This document shows positions 29,509-39,862 of a DNA stretch of 64,000 nt, piece after piece. The translations under genes and the position numbers were made by a program. This DNA is from Acidobacteriota bacterium. GTDB taxonomy: Bacteria; Acidobacteriota; UBA6911. Below the pieces are notes generated by a model. It was not told where the DNA came from, searched no databases, and worked only from the letters and a program-made list of their open reading frames with translations. The stretch is taken from positions 3,552,001 to 3,616,000 of the forward strand of contig OY761556.1 in assembly GCA_963664705.1 (NCBI GenBank), read 5' to 3'. How positions within the stretch are numbered: position 1 is the stretch's first letter; each line of letters opens with the position of its first letter.

Positions 29509-30483
29509 TCACCTGCACGCCCGTTCAAATATGGCCCGAGGGTTGTCAATAAGCATGGTTCGAATCTGGCTGTCGGTTACCCCCAGATTCCTTAACGCCG
29601 GAATCACATCCTTCGGAATATGCCCAAAGTGCCAGTTAGGAAGTGCCGTCCTCATAGGTGCTTCTTCGAGCCAGTCAATAAAGCATGCCGCATCGTGAGA
29701 AAGAACCATTTTTCCTGCCAGCCCTTTCCGACACAGCCGGGCGACCGTATCCACGCGCTTTTCAAAAGAGAGGATCGAATCGATTCCAAAACGATCCATC
29801 CCCAGATAGGATCCTTTCTGTATCAACGCCTCGAGATAATCGCAATCCGTAGTATCTCCACAGTGCCCGATAACAACCCGCTCCAAATCTACGCCTTCTT
29901 CTTCGAATATCCGCTGTTGTTCAATTCCGCACCGGGTCCCCGCATGCGCGTGAGTGGTAATTGGAACACCGGTTTCACAGTGCGCACGGGCCACAGCGCG
30001 CAGAGACTTTTCCACTCCCCAGGTAACCCCCGGCCGATCCGTGGCACATTTCAGGACCGCAGCCTTCACTCCGGTTCCGGCAATTCCATCGCGAATATCA
30101 TGAATGAACAGCTTCATCATAAATTCGCAGGCATCATACCGTCCGCCGGGAATGCGTGACTCCAAGTACAGGGGAAGCGCATCAAAGGTATACAGCCCGG
30201 TCGCAACCAGTATATTGATATCAACCTGAGCGGCAATTTTCTGAATCCTTGGGATGAAACGCCCCGCGCCAAGAACGGTCAAGTCCAGGATTGTATCAAT
30301 TCCTTCAGCCTTTAAGCTGCGCAGCTGATCCACTGCGTGCCGGATGCGGACCGCCTCATCCCCCCAGCTCTCCGGATAGTTCTGGGTCACTTCCGGAGAC
30401 AGAACAAAGATATGCTCATGCATCAGGGTTGCCCCGAGCATGCCTGGATCAATCGGCCCTCTTACCGCATTTACAGTTGCCAT
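29509..30483 (-). CDS. Phosphotriesterase-like lactonase/hydrolase (Php family)
   Basis: TLMHEH, LKCATD, ITTH, IGH, GMDRFG, LSHD. Confidence 0.92.
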   Translation of the reverse strand: MATVNAVRGPIDPGMLGATLMHEHIFVLSPEVTQNYPESWGDEAVRIRHAVDQLRSLKAEGIDTILDLTVLGAGRFIPRIQKIAAQVDINILVATGLYTFDALPLYLESRIPGGRYDACEFMMKLFIHDIRDGIAGTGVKAAVLKCATDRPGVTWGVEKSLRAVARAHCETGVPITTHAHAGTRCGIEQQRIFEEEGVDLERVVIGHCGDTTDCDYLEALIQKGSYLGMDRFGIDSILSFEKRVDTVARLCRKGLAGKMVLSHDAACFIDWLEEAPMRTALPNWHFGHIPKDVIPALRNLGVTDSQIRTMLIDNPRAIFERACR

Positions 30484-30542
30484 GGCTGAATAGTGCGCAG
30501 AATTATCTCGTGTACCCGCTTCGGCCCTGCTCCAAGCTATCC

Positions 30543-31751
30543 CTACGGATTGCCCGTCTGAACGTGGCTTCCAACAGTAAGTCGAAGCTGCCCCTCGGTT
30601 ACGACTGTCTCTCCCGGTTCAAGGCCCTGGTCAATTACAATATTCTGATCGACATGCATCCCGGCGACCACTGGACGCGATTCCACCGTCCGGTCCGGCT
30701 TTACAACGAAAACAAAGGAACCATTTTGGCCAGTCTGTACAGCCTGAGCCGGCAGAAGAAGCGCATTGGGCTTTGTGTCGAGCCGCAGCGTTACCTGCAC
30801 AAATTGGCCCGGCCACAGCGTATGCTTCGAGTTCTGGAACACAGCTTTTACGCGGATTGTCCCAGTGGCAGCGTCCACGGCATTGTCCGTGAAAACCAGT
30901 GCCCCCTTTTCCTCAAGACCTGATTTATCCCCGGTCGAAGCGGTTACAAGCTGTCCCGGTCTGATAGCGCGAAGCTGGGATTCCGGCACTGAAAAAGACA
31001 CATAGATCGGTTCGATTTGATTGATGGTCGTAAGGGTAGAGCTGGAATTGACGATGTTGCCGGATTGAATCTCAATACTTCCGGTCCGGCCGCTGATGGG
31101 AGATTGAATTCGCGTATATCCCAGCATTACCCGTGCATTTGCCACGGCCGCCCTGGTCGCATCCATGCCGGCACGGGCACTTTGGATTGACGCCTGGTCC
31201 GCGCGTACGGCAGCGGAAATAGCATCCAGATTGGAATTCATCTGGTCCGACTGTTCCTTCGATACCAATTGTTTTGCATAAAGATTCGCATACCGTGTAG
31301 CCTGCGCCTGCGCATATTTTTGCTGGGCGGTATCCCTGGCCAGGTTGGCTTCTGCCTGGGCCATCGCGGCTTCATCCTTGGCCAGATTGGCTTGAATCTG
31401 GTTCAATTGAGCTTCATAGGTGCGGGCATCAATATTGAACAGTTCCTCTCCCTTTTTCACAGACTGTCCCTCGCGAAACAGTACTTTAATCAATTCCCCA
31501 TTAACCTGCGATTTCACCGCCACGGTGGAATACGCCTCAATATTGCCTACCGCATGCACCTCCACGGGCACATCCACTTTGACTACCCTGGCAACCGAAA
31601 CGGGAATTGCTCCCATGCCCTTCTTGGAGGAACGTTCCGGGGTTGCTGCGGTTTTTGTACAACCCTGCCAGAGAAATGAAAGCAGGGAGACACAAAACAC
31701 CAATAACCCCATGCGTCGGGCAAATCCACGCCTCCCCGCAATATTCGACAT
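30543..31751 (-). CDS. RND efflux periplasmic adaptor (MdtA-like)
   Basis: GNIEAYSTVAVKSQVNG, coiled coil, YTRIQSPISGRTG, TGTIRVKA, LWPGQFV; ATG after GGAGGA. Confidence 0.93.
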   Translation of the reverse strand: MSNIAGRRGFARRMGLLVFCVSLLSFLWQGCTKTAATPERSSKKGMGAIPVSVARVVKVDVPVEVHAVGNIEAYSTVAVKSQVNGELIKVLFREGQSVKKGEELFNIDARTYEAQLNQIQANLAKDEAAMAQAEANLARDTAQQKYAQAQATRYANLYAKQLVSKEQSDQMNSNLDAISAAVRADQASIQSARAGMDATRAAVANARVMLGYTRIQSPISGRTGSIEIQSGNIVNSSSTLTTINQIEPIYVSFSVPESQLRAIRPGQLVTASTGDKSGLEEKGALVFTDNAVDAATGTIRVKAVFQNSKHTLWPGQFVQVTLRLDTKPNALLLPAQAVQTGQNGSFVFVVKPDRTVESRPVVAGMHVDQNIVIDQGLEPGETVVTEGQLRLTVGSHVQTGNP

Positions 31752-31779
31752 AACCAATCCTCCGTAACAATAGGCCGCG

Positions 31780-34700
31780 TTACCGTGCCTCCGTCCCTAC
31801 GAGTTCGGGAACAACATTTGTTTTGCCGCCACCCTTTCCTTTGCGAAAGAGGTGTCCCGCGCGCTCCAGGTAAACGTAAACGACAGGCGTAATAAACAAA
31901 GTCAAAAGCTGTGAAACCAGCAGGCCTCCCTCTACGGCGAGGCCGAGGGGACGTCGCGCTTCCGACCCGGCCCCAACGCCAAGGGCGATCGGCAGAGTTC
32001 CGACCAGGGCCGCCATCGTTGTCATCATGATCGGACGAAATCGAACCAGGCATGCTTCATAGATCGCTTCCGCGGGAGAACAACCTCGTTGACGCTGGGC
32101 TTCGATGGCAAAGTCGATCATCATAATTCCATTTTTCTTCACAATCCCCACCAGCATGATGATTCCGACAAACGAGTAGATATTCAGCTCTTGCCCAAAC
32201 ACCAGCAGGGTTGCCAATGCCCCCAATCCGGCTGAAGGCAAGCCCGACAGGATCGTGATCGGGTGGATAAAGCTCTCATAAAGGATGCCCAAAACCATGT
32301 AAATCACTAAAATTGCCAGTATCAGCAGCGTCCCCATGCCTTTTAACGAAGATGCATATGCTGCTGCCATGCCCTGGAACATCGTCGTCACACCATCGGG
32401 AAGCGTTTCACGTGCGGTCTGCTCAATCGAATCGACCGCCTGACCAAGCGAGACTCCTGGCTGCAGGTTGAATGACACGGTGACCGCCGGGAATTGTCCA
32501 TAATGGGCAACGCTCAGCGGGCCAACCCCTGTTTCCAGAGTAGCAATTTGATTCAACGGTACCAGCTTGCCGGCCCTGGATTTCACATAAAGCAAGCCCA
32601 ACGCATTTGGGTCGCGCTGATACTGAGGCAGCACCTCCAGAATCACGTAGTAGTTGTCCGTCGAGGTGTAGATCATGGACACTTGCTTGGAGCCATATGC
32701 GGAATACAGGGTGCTTTCAATCAAATCCGGAGCCACATTCAGAGACGCCGCCAAATCGCGGTTTATCTTTACCGTGATTTCCGGATTGTTGAGCTGGAGG
32801 TCACTGGAAACATCGATCAACCCCGGGATGGAACGCATTCGTTTTTCAAAATCCGAGCCAACCCTGTAGAGTTGGTCAAGATCTGGGCTTTGAAGGGTGA
32901 ACTGGTACAGGCTCCGGGTCATCATGCCGCCGATGCGGATCAGGGGCGGATTCTGCAAGTATGTCCTGATCGATGGAAGCGCGTTCAGTTTGGGGCGCAG
33001 GCTTTCAATAACCTGCTCCGGAGTTACGGATCGTTCGCTCTGAGGCTTGAGGCGCAACATGAAACGTCCCGCATTCCCCGCATTTGCATTCGACATGAAT
33101 GCATCCACGTACGGGCTGGAGCTGATTATTTTTGCGGCCTGCTGCTGAAGCTGAACCATCCCTTCATACGAAATATCCTGGGGGGCCTCGGTGTTGCCCT
33201 GCAACATCCCCTGATCCTGGCTGGGGACAAAACCCTTGGGCACGAACCCGTATAAATACATGGTTGCAAAAAGCGTCCCGACCGCGACCACCAGGGTGAT
33301 AAACCGATGCTTCAACACACCGCGAAGAGTCCAGCCGTAGCCATCGCGCATTGCCTGAAAACCGCGTTCCGTAACTCGATAGAAGGTGCTCTTGTTTTCC
33401 GACTCCGGCTTCAGGATTCGGCTCCCCATCATGGGAGTCAGGCTCAACGCCACCAGGCCCGAAATCAGGATCGCTACGATAATCACAACCGCGAACTCAT
33501 GGAAAAGCCTTCCCATGATTCCGCCCATGAATAAAACTGGGATAAAGACAGCAGCCAGCGAAATCGTCATCGAAAGGATGGTGAATCCGATTTCCTTCGC
33601 GCCATCGATAGCCGCTGTAAAGCGTTCTTTCCCCATCTCCATGTGGCGCACGATGTTTTCCAGCATGACGATCGCATCGTCCACGACAAAGGCAACAGAC
33701 AGGGTCAGCGCCATCAAAGACAAATTGTCCAGGGTGTAGCCGAGCAGGGACATTGCGGCGAATGTGCCAATGAGCGACATGGGCAATGCCAGGCTGGGGA
33801 TTATGGTAGCGGAGATATTGCGCAGGAAAAGAAAGATAACAAAGACGACAAGTATGACGGTTAAGAGAAGCGTGTATTTGACATCGTTGACCGAGTCGCG
33901 GATTGACAGAGAACGATCCAGCAGGATATCCATCTTTACCGAGGGTGGCACCAGCGAACGGAAGGTGGGAAGCAGACTTTTCACGGAGTCCACCACCGCA
34001 ACCGTATTGGTTCCCGGCTGTTTTTGAATACCCAGCATGATGGAGCGTGCCGCAGATCGGGAATCGCAGAACCAGGCTGCCGATTTGTCGTTTTGAACGC
34101 TGTCAATCACGCGTCCCAGGCTTTCCAGCCGGATTGGAGTGCCATTCCGATAGGCAACCGTCAGGGCGCGATACTGCTCCGCGCTGGTAAGCTGTCCCGT
34201 GGCCTGAACAGTGTAAGCCTGCCTCGGCCCCCATAAAGTACCACTGGGCAGATTGACGTTGTGCTGATTAATTGCAGCCTCGACTTCGCCCAGGGAAATA
34301 CCGCGAGCCGCCAGCAGATTCGGATCCACTTGAGCGCGTACCGCATATTTGGTCGCACCCCAGACATTGACCTGCGCAACGCCGGAAATCATGGAAATAC
34401 GCTGTGCAATCATATTTTCAGCGTAGTTGTCCAGCGTGGAAAGCGACATGGTCTCGGAATTCATGGAGACGACAAGGATCGGCTGATCCGCAGGATTCAC
34501 TTTCCGAAAGGTTGGCGGTGTCGGCATCCCGGGAGGCAACAGTCTTTGCGCCGTTGCAATGGCAATTTGAACATCCTGCGCTGCGGCATCCAGATCCCGA
34601 TCGAGCGAAAACTGCAAAGTGATTTGCGTGGATCCCAGTGAACTCGACGAAGTCATCGAATCGACGCCGGAAATGGTGGAGAACTGCCGCTCCAGCGGAG

Positions 34701-34893
34701 TCGCGACGGAAGCTGCCATCATCTCCGGGCTGGCACCCGGGAGCCCGGCATTGACCTGGATGGTCGGGAAATCCACATTGGGGAGGTCGCTGACAGGAAG
34801 AGTACGATATCCAACGACTCCAAAAATGATGATCCCCAACATTACCAGCGTCGTCATCACCGGGCGTCGAATGAAGAGTTCGGTAATATTCAT
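31780..34893 (-). CDS. RND efflux permease (HAE1, MdtB/MdtC-like)
   Basis: FIRRPVMT, VATPLERQF, VVDDAIVMLENI, GIVKKNGIMMIDFA, RFRPIMMTT. Confidence 0.96.
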   Translation of the reverse strand: MNITELFIRRPVMTTLVMLGIIIFGVVGYRTLPVSDLPNVDFPTIQVNAGLPGASPEMMAASVATPLERQFSTISGVDSMTSSSSLGSTQITLQFSLDRDLDAAAQDVQIAIATAQRLLPPGMPTPPTFRKVNPADQPILVVSMNSETMSLSTLDNYAENMIAQRISMISGVAQVNVWGATKYAVRAQVDPNLLAARGISLGEVEAAINQHNVNLPSGTLWGPRQAYTVQATGQLTSAEQYRALTVAYRNGTPIRLESLGRVIDSVQNDKSAAWFCDSRSAARSIMLGIQKQPGTNTVAVVDSVKSLLPTFRSLVPPSVKMDILLDRSLSIRDSVNDVKYTLLLTVILVVFVIFLFLRNISATIIPSLALPMSLIGTFAAMSLLGYTLDNLSLMALTLSVAFVVDDAIVMLENIVRHMEMGKERFTAAIDGAKEIGFTILSMTISLAAVFIPVLFMGGIMGRLFHEFAVVIIVAILISGLVALSLTPMMGSRILKPESENKSTFYRVTERGFQAMRDGYGWTLRGVLKHRFITLVVAVGTLFATMYLYGFVPKGFVPSQDQGMLQGNTEAPQDISYEGMVQLQQQAAKIISSSPYVDAFMSNANAGNAGRFMLRLKPQSERSVTPEQVIESLRPKLNALPSIRTYLQNPPLIRIGGMMTRSLYQFTLQSPDLDQLYRVGSDFEKRMRSIPGLIDVSSDLQLNNPEITVKINRDLAASLNVAPDLIESTLYSAYGSKQVSMIYTSTDNYYVILEVLPQYQRDPNALGLLYVKSRAGKLVPLNQIATLETGVGPLSVAHYGQFPAVTVSFNLQPGVSLGQAVDSIEQTARETLPDGVTTMFQGMAAAYASSLKGMGTLLILAILVIYMVLGILYESFIHPITILSGLPSAGLGALATLLVFGQELNIYSFVGIIMLVGIVKKNGIMMIDFAIEAQRQRGCSPAEAIYEACLVRFRPIMMTTMAALVGTLPIALGVGAGSEARRPLGLAVEGGLLVSQLLTLFITPVVYVYLERAGHLFRKGKGGGKTNVVPELVGTEAR

Positions 34894-34930
34894 AGACAAC
34901 CTTCCAGCAAATAAGCCTTCACAGGTCTAA

Positions 34931-34956
34931 TACGCGGGGGAGTTCAAATCCTTTCA
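34931..34956 (-). promoter_or_regulatory. Putative ECF-sigma promoter of the RND operon
   Basis: Minus strand TGAAAG-N16-CGTA, close to the SigW-type consensus TGAAAC-N16-CGTA. Confidence 0.5.
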
Positions 34957-35012
34957 TTTTTCCGGCGGCATTTTGGGGGACAGCCGAATGAGGCGGTTGG
35001 GAAGATCCCCAA

Positions 35013-35585
35013 TCAGGATTTCTGAAGCTCTTGCAACAAGCCGAGCCGAAGACTTTTCAGCCGGGGTTCGAATAGCTGCCGCAATTTTTTCAATTCCTCG
35101 GTCCAATAGAGATTTTCCGCCGGATTGCAGCGCACGGCCGTTCCCCCAATTCCCAGAGGCTTCAAAGCGGCCGCCTCAATTGCAGCCGACTGCTTCTCTT
35201 TCTCCTGACTCAATTCGCGAACAATCAGCCAGTAGTCCTCTGCAGCCTTCTCAATGTATGAGGCTTTCGGGGAAACCGCATGGCGCAATCCGATCAATGC
35301 TTTCTCCGCCGACCTCAAATCCCCTTCGAGCTGCAGCGTGCGACACAAGCCCGAGATCAGAGCGCGCCGGACAATCAGCCTCTGTTCCACAGGCAATTTT
35401 TCGATCTGCTCCGGTAATTCATCCTCGTTAACCAGGCCACTCAGATACCTGCCGGCAAGGGCCTCGCCAAGCGGGCCATATTGTTTCTCCTTTTGCGCCG
35501 CAATCTCCTCCGGAGTCAATTCAGGCATAGCAGATATCCGCTCCATCGCAAGCTCCAGAGCGCTTTTTACTCTTTCTTCTTCCAC
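35013..35585 (-). CDS. Hypothetical alpha-helical protein
   Basis: N-terminal KSALELAMER motif, helical composition; GTG start inferred, close behind the MBL gene. Confidence 0.65.
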   Translation of the reverse strand: MEEERVKSALELAMERISAMPELTPEEIAAQKEKQYGPLGEALAGRYLSGLVNEDELPEQIEKLPVEQRLIVRRALISGLCRTLQLEGDLRSAEKALIGLRHAVSPKASYIEKAAEDYWLIVRELSQEKEKQSAAIEAAALKPLGIGGTAVRCNPAENLYWTEELKKLRQLFEPRLKSLRLGLLQELQKS

Positions 35586-35602
35586 AACTGTCCCTTTCAG
35601 CT

Positions 35603-36274
35603 TCAATAAAGGATATTCCTGATGTATCCGAAATTATCCCGTACCGCTTCCTTACCCTGAATGATCCCTGGATGGCCATATGGATGTCCACACAGGAGGC
35701 AGTCCACATCCAGTTCTGCGAGCCTTTCAATAGTCCGCCCTAACATGCGCGAATCGCCTCCCGGCAAATCCGACCGGCCGGTGCTCCGATAGAATATGCA
35801 GTCTCCGGCGATCAGAGCGCGGTGCGCAGGCCAGTAAATGGTGATGTGTCCCGGCGTATGACCAGGGGAGTGGTAGATCTGCAATATCGTGGTCGGTTCC
35901 GCGCCAAGTTCGAGAGTGCCCTCGTCCAGAAAAACATCCACCTTACCCCCCATACCGGAATAGGCGGGAGCATCCGACTCATGCATCGCAACCATGGCTC
36001 CAAATTCGTTGCGGAGAATGATGGCGGATTCAGCATGATCGGGATGGCCATGGGTCAGGACAACCATTCCAATCAATGCCGTATCCAATCCATCCCGGCG
36101 CATCTCTTCGAGCAGTCTGTCCAACCCGGCTTCCCGGTAATAGGGTGTTACGAGATGACCGGGATCTACGACTACATGCTTCCCATCGTTGAGGACACCG
36201 GAAAGCACATAGGAGCTGCAGTTATTGTCATTCCCTTTCCAAGGGTACGCATAAAGACTATCGATCAGTTTCAT
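35603..36274 (-). CDS. MBL-fold metallo-hydrolase (glyoxalase II-like)
   Basis: THGHPDH, PGHTPG, AGDC, GRSDLPGG, CGH. Confidence 0.9.
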   Translation of the reverse strand: MKLIDSLYAYPWKGNDNNCSSYVLSGVLNDGKHVVVDPGHLVTPYYREAGLDRLLEEMRRDGLDTALIGMVVLTHGHPDHAESAIILRNEFGAMVAMHESDAPAYSGMGGKVDVFLDEGTLELGAEPTTILQIYHSPGHTPGHITIYWPAHRALIAGDCIFYRSTGRSDLPGGDSRMLGRTIERLAELDVDCLLCGHPYGHPGIIQGKEAVRDNFGYIRNILY

Positions 36275-36420
36275 ATCGAAGGATTCTACCCTTTCGCCGC
36301 ATGAAAAAGAACCACAACGCCGGATCGCCTGTTCTTGTACACATGGTATAAGCTCGGGGCACGAGCGGATCAAAATCCAGGAGTGTTTCTCAGGAGTATG
36401 TCCTGGGCGAGGAGCCTGTT

Positions 36421-37467
36421 CTAGAACTGCCCGGGACTGCGATCGTAGAACAAGGTCTGTTTTTTCTGGAGCTGTCTATAAATGATTCGGAGTGTCGCCA
36501 ATATGGGAACAGACAGGAATGCACCGGCAATTCCGGCGATCTGGCTCCCGGCAAGAACACCGAAGATGACCGCAAGGGGATGCAGCGCCGTACCGGAACT
36601 CATCAGCAGCGGGGATAGCACATAATCCTGGAACAAACGGAATCCAGCCAGAAACAGGATGATCCAAATAATGTGACCGAAGCCGCTCAATCCTGCCACA
36701 AGCAAAATAATGACAGCGGATGTTAGCGGCCCCACCAAAGGAACAAACTCAAAAAAGAAGGCAATGGCGCCAAGCAGCAACCCATACGGAAGCCCTATGA
36801 TGCTGAAGAAAGTTGCATAAGTTACGGATGTGGCCAGGCCAAGCAGGACAAGAGCGCGCATGTACTGGGCAAAAAGCAGATGAAGGTCGTCCGTGATTTC
36901 CCGAAACATCTCGCGGCTGGGACCTTCACTAATGCCATTCAGTGTCGATGTGATCAGATTCCTTCCGTCCTTCAGAAAGAAAAAGCTCAGGATAGGAACA
37001 AGCACAATGAACAACAATATCTCCGCATGCGAGACAACACTCATGACCGCATTAGTGATCGGCAGGATCAATTCGCGGGAATGCGAAGCCAGTTGCTGCT
37101 GAATCTCGCCGACAATCTTTTTCCCAATCCCGGCACCAGTGACCGGCTGTTCCAGCTTGGATATCAATTCCGGAAATCTCACCGCGAGAGCATTCGCCTG
37201 TATCGCGATGCGCGAACCTACCTCTACTCCAATAACGACAAGAATTCCTATCAGCGCCAGATAGACAATGGTCAGCGAAGGGAGTTTGGATCTTCCCGGG
37301 AGTCGCTGATCGAGGAAGTTCACCAGCGGCCAGAGGAAATAGGCGAAAAGCAGGGCGACAATGAAGATGAACAGCGTCTGCCCGATCAGATATACAATCG
37401 CTGCCAATAGTAGAATCAGCAGAACAGTCCATGTATATCGTGCAACCCGCGCATCAATTCCAAGCAT
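36421..37467 (-). CDS. AI-2E family transporter
   Basis: FFFLKDG, FVPLVGP, QDYVLSP, LHPLAVIFGVLAG, GAFLSVP. Confidence 0.9.
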   Translation of the reverse strand: MLGIDARVARYTWTVLLILLLAAIVYLIGQTLFIFIVALLFAYFLWPLVNFLDQRLPGRSKLPSLTIVYLALIGILVVIGVEVGSRIAIQANALAVRFPELISKLEQPVTGAGIGKKIVGEIQQQLASHSRELILPITNAVMSVVSHAEILLFIVLVPILSFFFLKDGRNLITSTLNGISEGPSREMFREITDDLHLLFAQYMRALVLLGLATSVTYATFFSIIGLPYGLLLGAIAFFFEFVPLVGPLTSAVIILLVAGLSGFGHIIWIILFLAGFRLFQDYVLSPLLMSSGTALHPLAVIFGVLAGSQIAGIAGAFLSVPILATLRIIYRQLQKKQTLFYDRSPGQF

Positions 37468-37646
37468 ATTTCGATCATAGCAACTGATTTGTTCCGGCGC
37501 AACAAATGCCGCTATCCGAATCAGGCTGAATTGCATGTTCCTGCCGCTCCCCCGGCGCTTGATGGCATCCATTCCCGGCCAAACGCCGCAGTTTCAAAGC
37601 GTAGTTTGAAAGGATACAATACTCTCGAGAAAGAAATCCTGGAGCC

Positions 37647-38558
37647 ATGAAACACAGCCTTTCCTCGGCAATTTATATTCTTCTGATCCTGGCAGGGCCG
37701 CGCATTGCTCCGTCACAACAGAAGGAACAGGAAACATTCAGATTTGCCGTCCGAAGCCAGCTCGTCGAGGTTTTTCTTACGGTGTCCCAGGAAAATCAGC
37801 TGATCCCAAATCTTGGAAAAACGGATTTCAACCTTTTGGAAGACGGAATGCCTGCGGCGGTAGACCGGGTGGACAGCCAGGAAGTCCCCTTGCAGGTTGT
37901 GCTTCTCGTCGACTTGAGCGAAAGCATTCGCCCTTCCCTGCGTACTGTTCAGGAGGCGGCGATTACCTTCCTCGACAGCCTGAAGCCTGCGGATCGCGTC
38001 CTGCTGATCCTCTTCAACTCGGAACTGCAAACCTTTGAGCAGAACACCGACAGCCGGAAAGCCCTCATCGGAGAAATCGAGCACTCCAGAGCACATGGCA
38101 TGACGCGGCTTTACGATGCCATGATCGCGGGCATGAAATACCTGGAGGGGAAACCCGGCCGAAAGGCCATCGTCTGCTTTACCGATGGCCAGGATACGGC
38201 AGGGACTCTGTCCGGCACGGCGGCCCTCAACGCCGCAGCGCGCTTTGGCTACCCGATTTACATGATTGGATCCGGCGCGGGACTCGAACTGGACAGCCTG
38301 AAGCTGCTTCTCAGGCAATTCGCCGAAGTCAACAGCGGCCGGGCCTATTTCATTCAAAACATCAATAAACTGCGGGAAGCATTCAACAAGGTATCCGAGG
38401 AGCTTCGCGCGGCCTATGTGCTCAATTACTACACGAATGTTGCCCAGGATGGCCGTTGGCATAATTTGAGCGTTACGACCGTCGATCCATCTTTTACAGT
38501 CCATGGCCGGAAGGGATTTTTTGCTCGTCGAACGGAGGAAGGAGCCAGCAAACCCTGA
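37647..38558 (+). CDS. Secreted VWA-domain protein (Acidobacteria-type)
   Basis: MIDAS DLSES, TRLYDA, RKAIVCFTDGQD, SGRAYF, YVLNY..DGRWH..V. Confidence 0.9.
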   Translation: MKHSLSSAIYILLILAGPRIAPSQQKEQETFRFAVRSQLVEVFLTVSQENQLIPNLGKTDFNLLEDGMPAAVDRVDSQEVPLQVVLLVDLSESIRPSLRTVQEAAITFLDSLKPADRVLLILFNSELQTFEQNTDSRKALIGEIEHSRAHGMTRLYDAMIAGMKYLEGKPGRKAIVCFTDGQDTAGTLSGTAALNAAARFGYPIYMIGSGAGLELDSLKLLLRQFAEVNSGRAYFIQNINKLREAFNKVSEELRAAYVLNYYTNVAQDGRWHNLSVTTVDPSFTVHGRKGFFARRTEEGASKP

Positions 38559-38726
38559 AACAATACGCCAAAGGATTGCACCGGGAGCGCCTTCTTACCT
38601 AATGCTGCATATATTTGCCCAGAGAACTTGGAAGTGCAATGCATATCGGCCCCGGAGGGCCTGGGGACTCAATCGCGTCGCAGGGCTCGGAACAAATAAT
38701 ACGCGGCATTAGGCGCCTCAACCGCA

Positions 38727-39242
38727 TCAGCGTCGTGGAAGTATCCGCGCGCTTGCCGCCGGGACAGCGGTGCTCGCCAGTTCCGCCTGAGCCTTTTTCA
38801 GCCGTCTTCGCAATTGGGCGGTGTGCTCCTGATGGCACCAGAGGCAGAGCGTTCTCAGGTTTGAAAGGTCACATTCGCCGCCGCCTTCAGCGACTGGAAC
38901 GATATGGTCTGCATCCCAAAAGCTTCTTCGTTTCCCATGCAAATCAAGCTGGCTCGAAAGTGCCTTCCTCTTGCGAGACGGGATCATCTGCAATCTGCGG
39001 TAGAATTCGATCGTATCCAATCCACATATCGCGCAGATTCCGTGATCTCGACCGAGCACCTGCCGGCGCAGATAGCCTGGATCCGTTCTCAATCGCCATT
39101 GGTGTACGCATTGCTCATCGCAGAATGTCCGCCGGCCGGCTGGAACCTCGTGGCCACACCAACGGCAGATCCCCCGGCCGTTAGGTCCGCGCTTTACGGT
39201 CTTTCGGATCCAGCCCCCGGCTTTCTTCCTGTTTACGCTCAT
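38727..39242 (-). CDS. HNH endonuclease with N-terminal zinc-binding motifs (ZRANB3-HNH-like)
   Basis: CRWC..FCDEQC, RDHGICAICG, WDADHIVPVAEGGGECDLSNLRTLCLWCH. ATG overlaps the upstream stop (TAATG). Confidence 0.88.
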   Translation of the reverse strand: MSVNRKKAGGWIRKTVKRGPNGRGICRWCGHEVPAGRRTFCDEQCVHQWRLRTDPGYLRRQVLGRDHGICAICGLDTIEFYRRLQMIPSRKRKALSSQLDLHGKRRSFWDADHIVPVAEGGGECDLSNLRTLCLWCHQEHTAQLRRRLKKAQAELASTAVPAASARILPRR

Positions 39243-39682
39243 TATTTCTGCGGAAGATCCTTCCGGATATAACTGCCTCCGGGTCCCGTGGTGAAGTGAA
39301 AAATAGGCCGATCCACTCTTTTGATCTTCAGAGGGCAATGCACCATTCCCTTTGGAACGAAGGCAATGAAGCTGTTGGTGATGGTGTGCTTTTCACCATC
39401 CAGCCATAATTCGATTTCTCCTCCGAGGTCGCGCTGATCGTCAGGATTGGTTCCAAAAAAGCCGATCACCTCATCAAAATCGTGGACATGCGCTTCAACG
39501 CGGGTGGCCTCAGAACCCTCCTGAAACCACAGGCATTCGCAATAGAAAGCTCCCGGGATAACGGACTTATCAAGCCAGGCGATGTGATTGGCCTTCCCCG
39601 GATACGCAGCATCGCTCTTCTGCTTGAATTCCGGAAGGTTCATTTCCGTGATGATATATTGACTGGTTTTGCTTTCAGGCAT
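39242..39682 (-). CDS. Cupin-like hypothetical protein
   Basis: HVHDFDE...FGTNP..DLGGEIELWL...FVPKGMVHCP cupin-type His/His/Glu/His set. Confidence 0.8.
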   Translation of the reverse strand: MPESKTSQYIITEMNLPEFKQKSDAAYPGKANHIAWLDKSVIPGAFYCECLWFQEGSEATRVEAHVHDFDEVIGFFGTNPDDQRDLGGEIELWLDGEKHTITNSFIAFVPKGMVHCPLKIKRVDRPIFHFTTGPGGSYIRKDLPQK

Positions 39683-39862
39683 GGCACCCCCTTTGGATCT
39701 ATATACAGGGCGAGTGTACCATGGAAATATGGCACGAGAAGCGGATTCGGGAACCGGCGGGTTTGCGGGAACTATTCGGCCATGATCTTCGTTATCTGGA
39801 ATGAATGGTTCTGTATCCGGAATGTCCTATCCTGTATCCTGTACCAAAGCCGAGGAGCTGAT

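Noticed and set aside
29509-29511. Other TGA stops as selenocysteine (phosphotriesterase, PAS protein, HNH, PGPGW)
   Set aside because: The domains are already complete, and there is no redox motif or convincing downstream continuation.
39482-39862. N-terminal extension of pepF
   Set aside because: It overlaps the cupin gene; a good RBS precedes the ATG at 39863.
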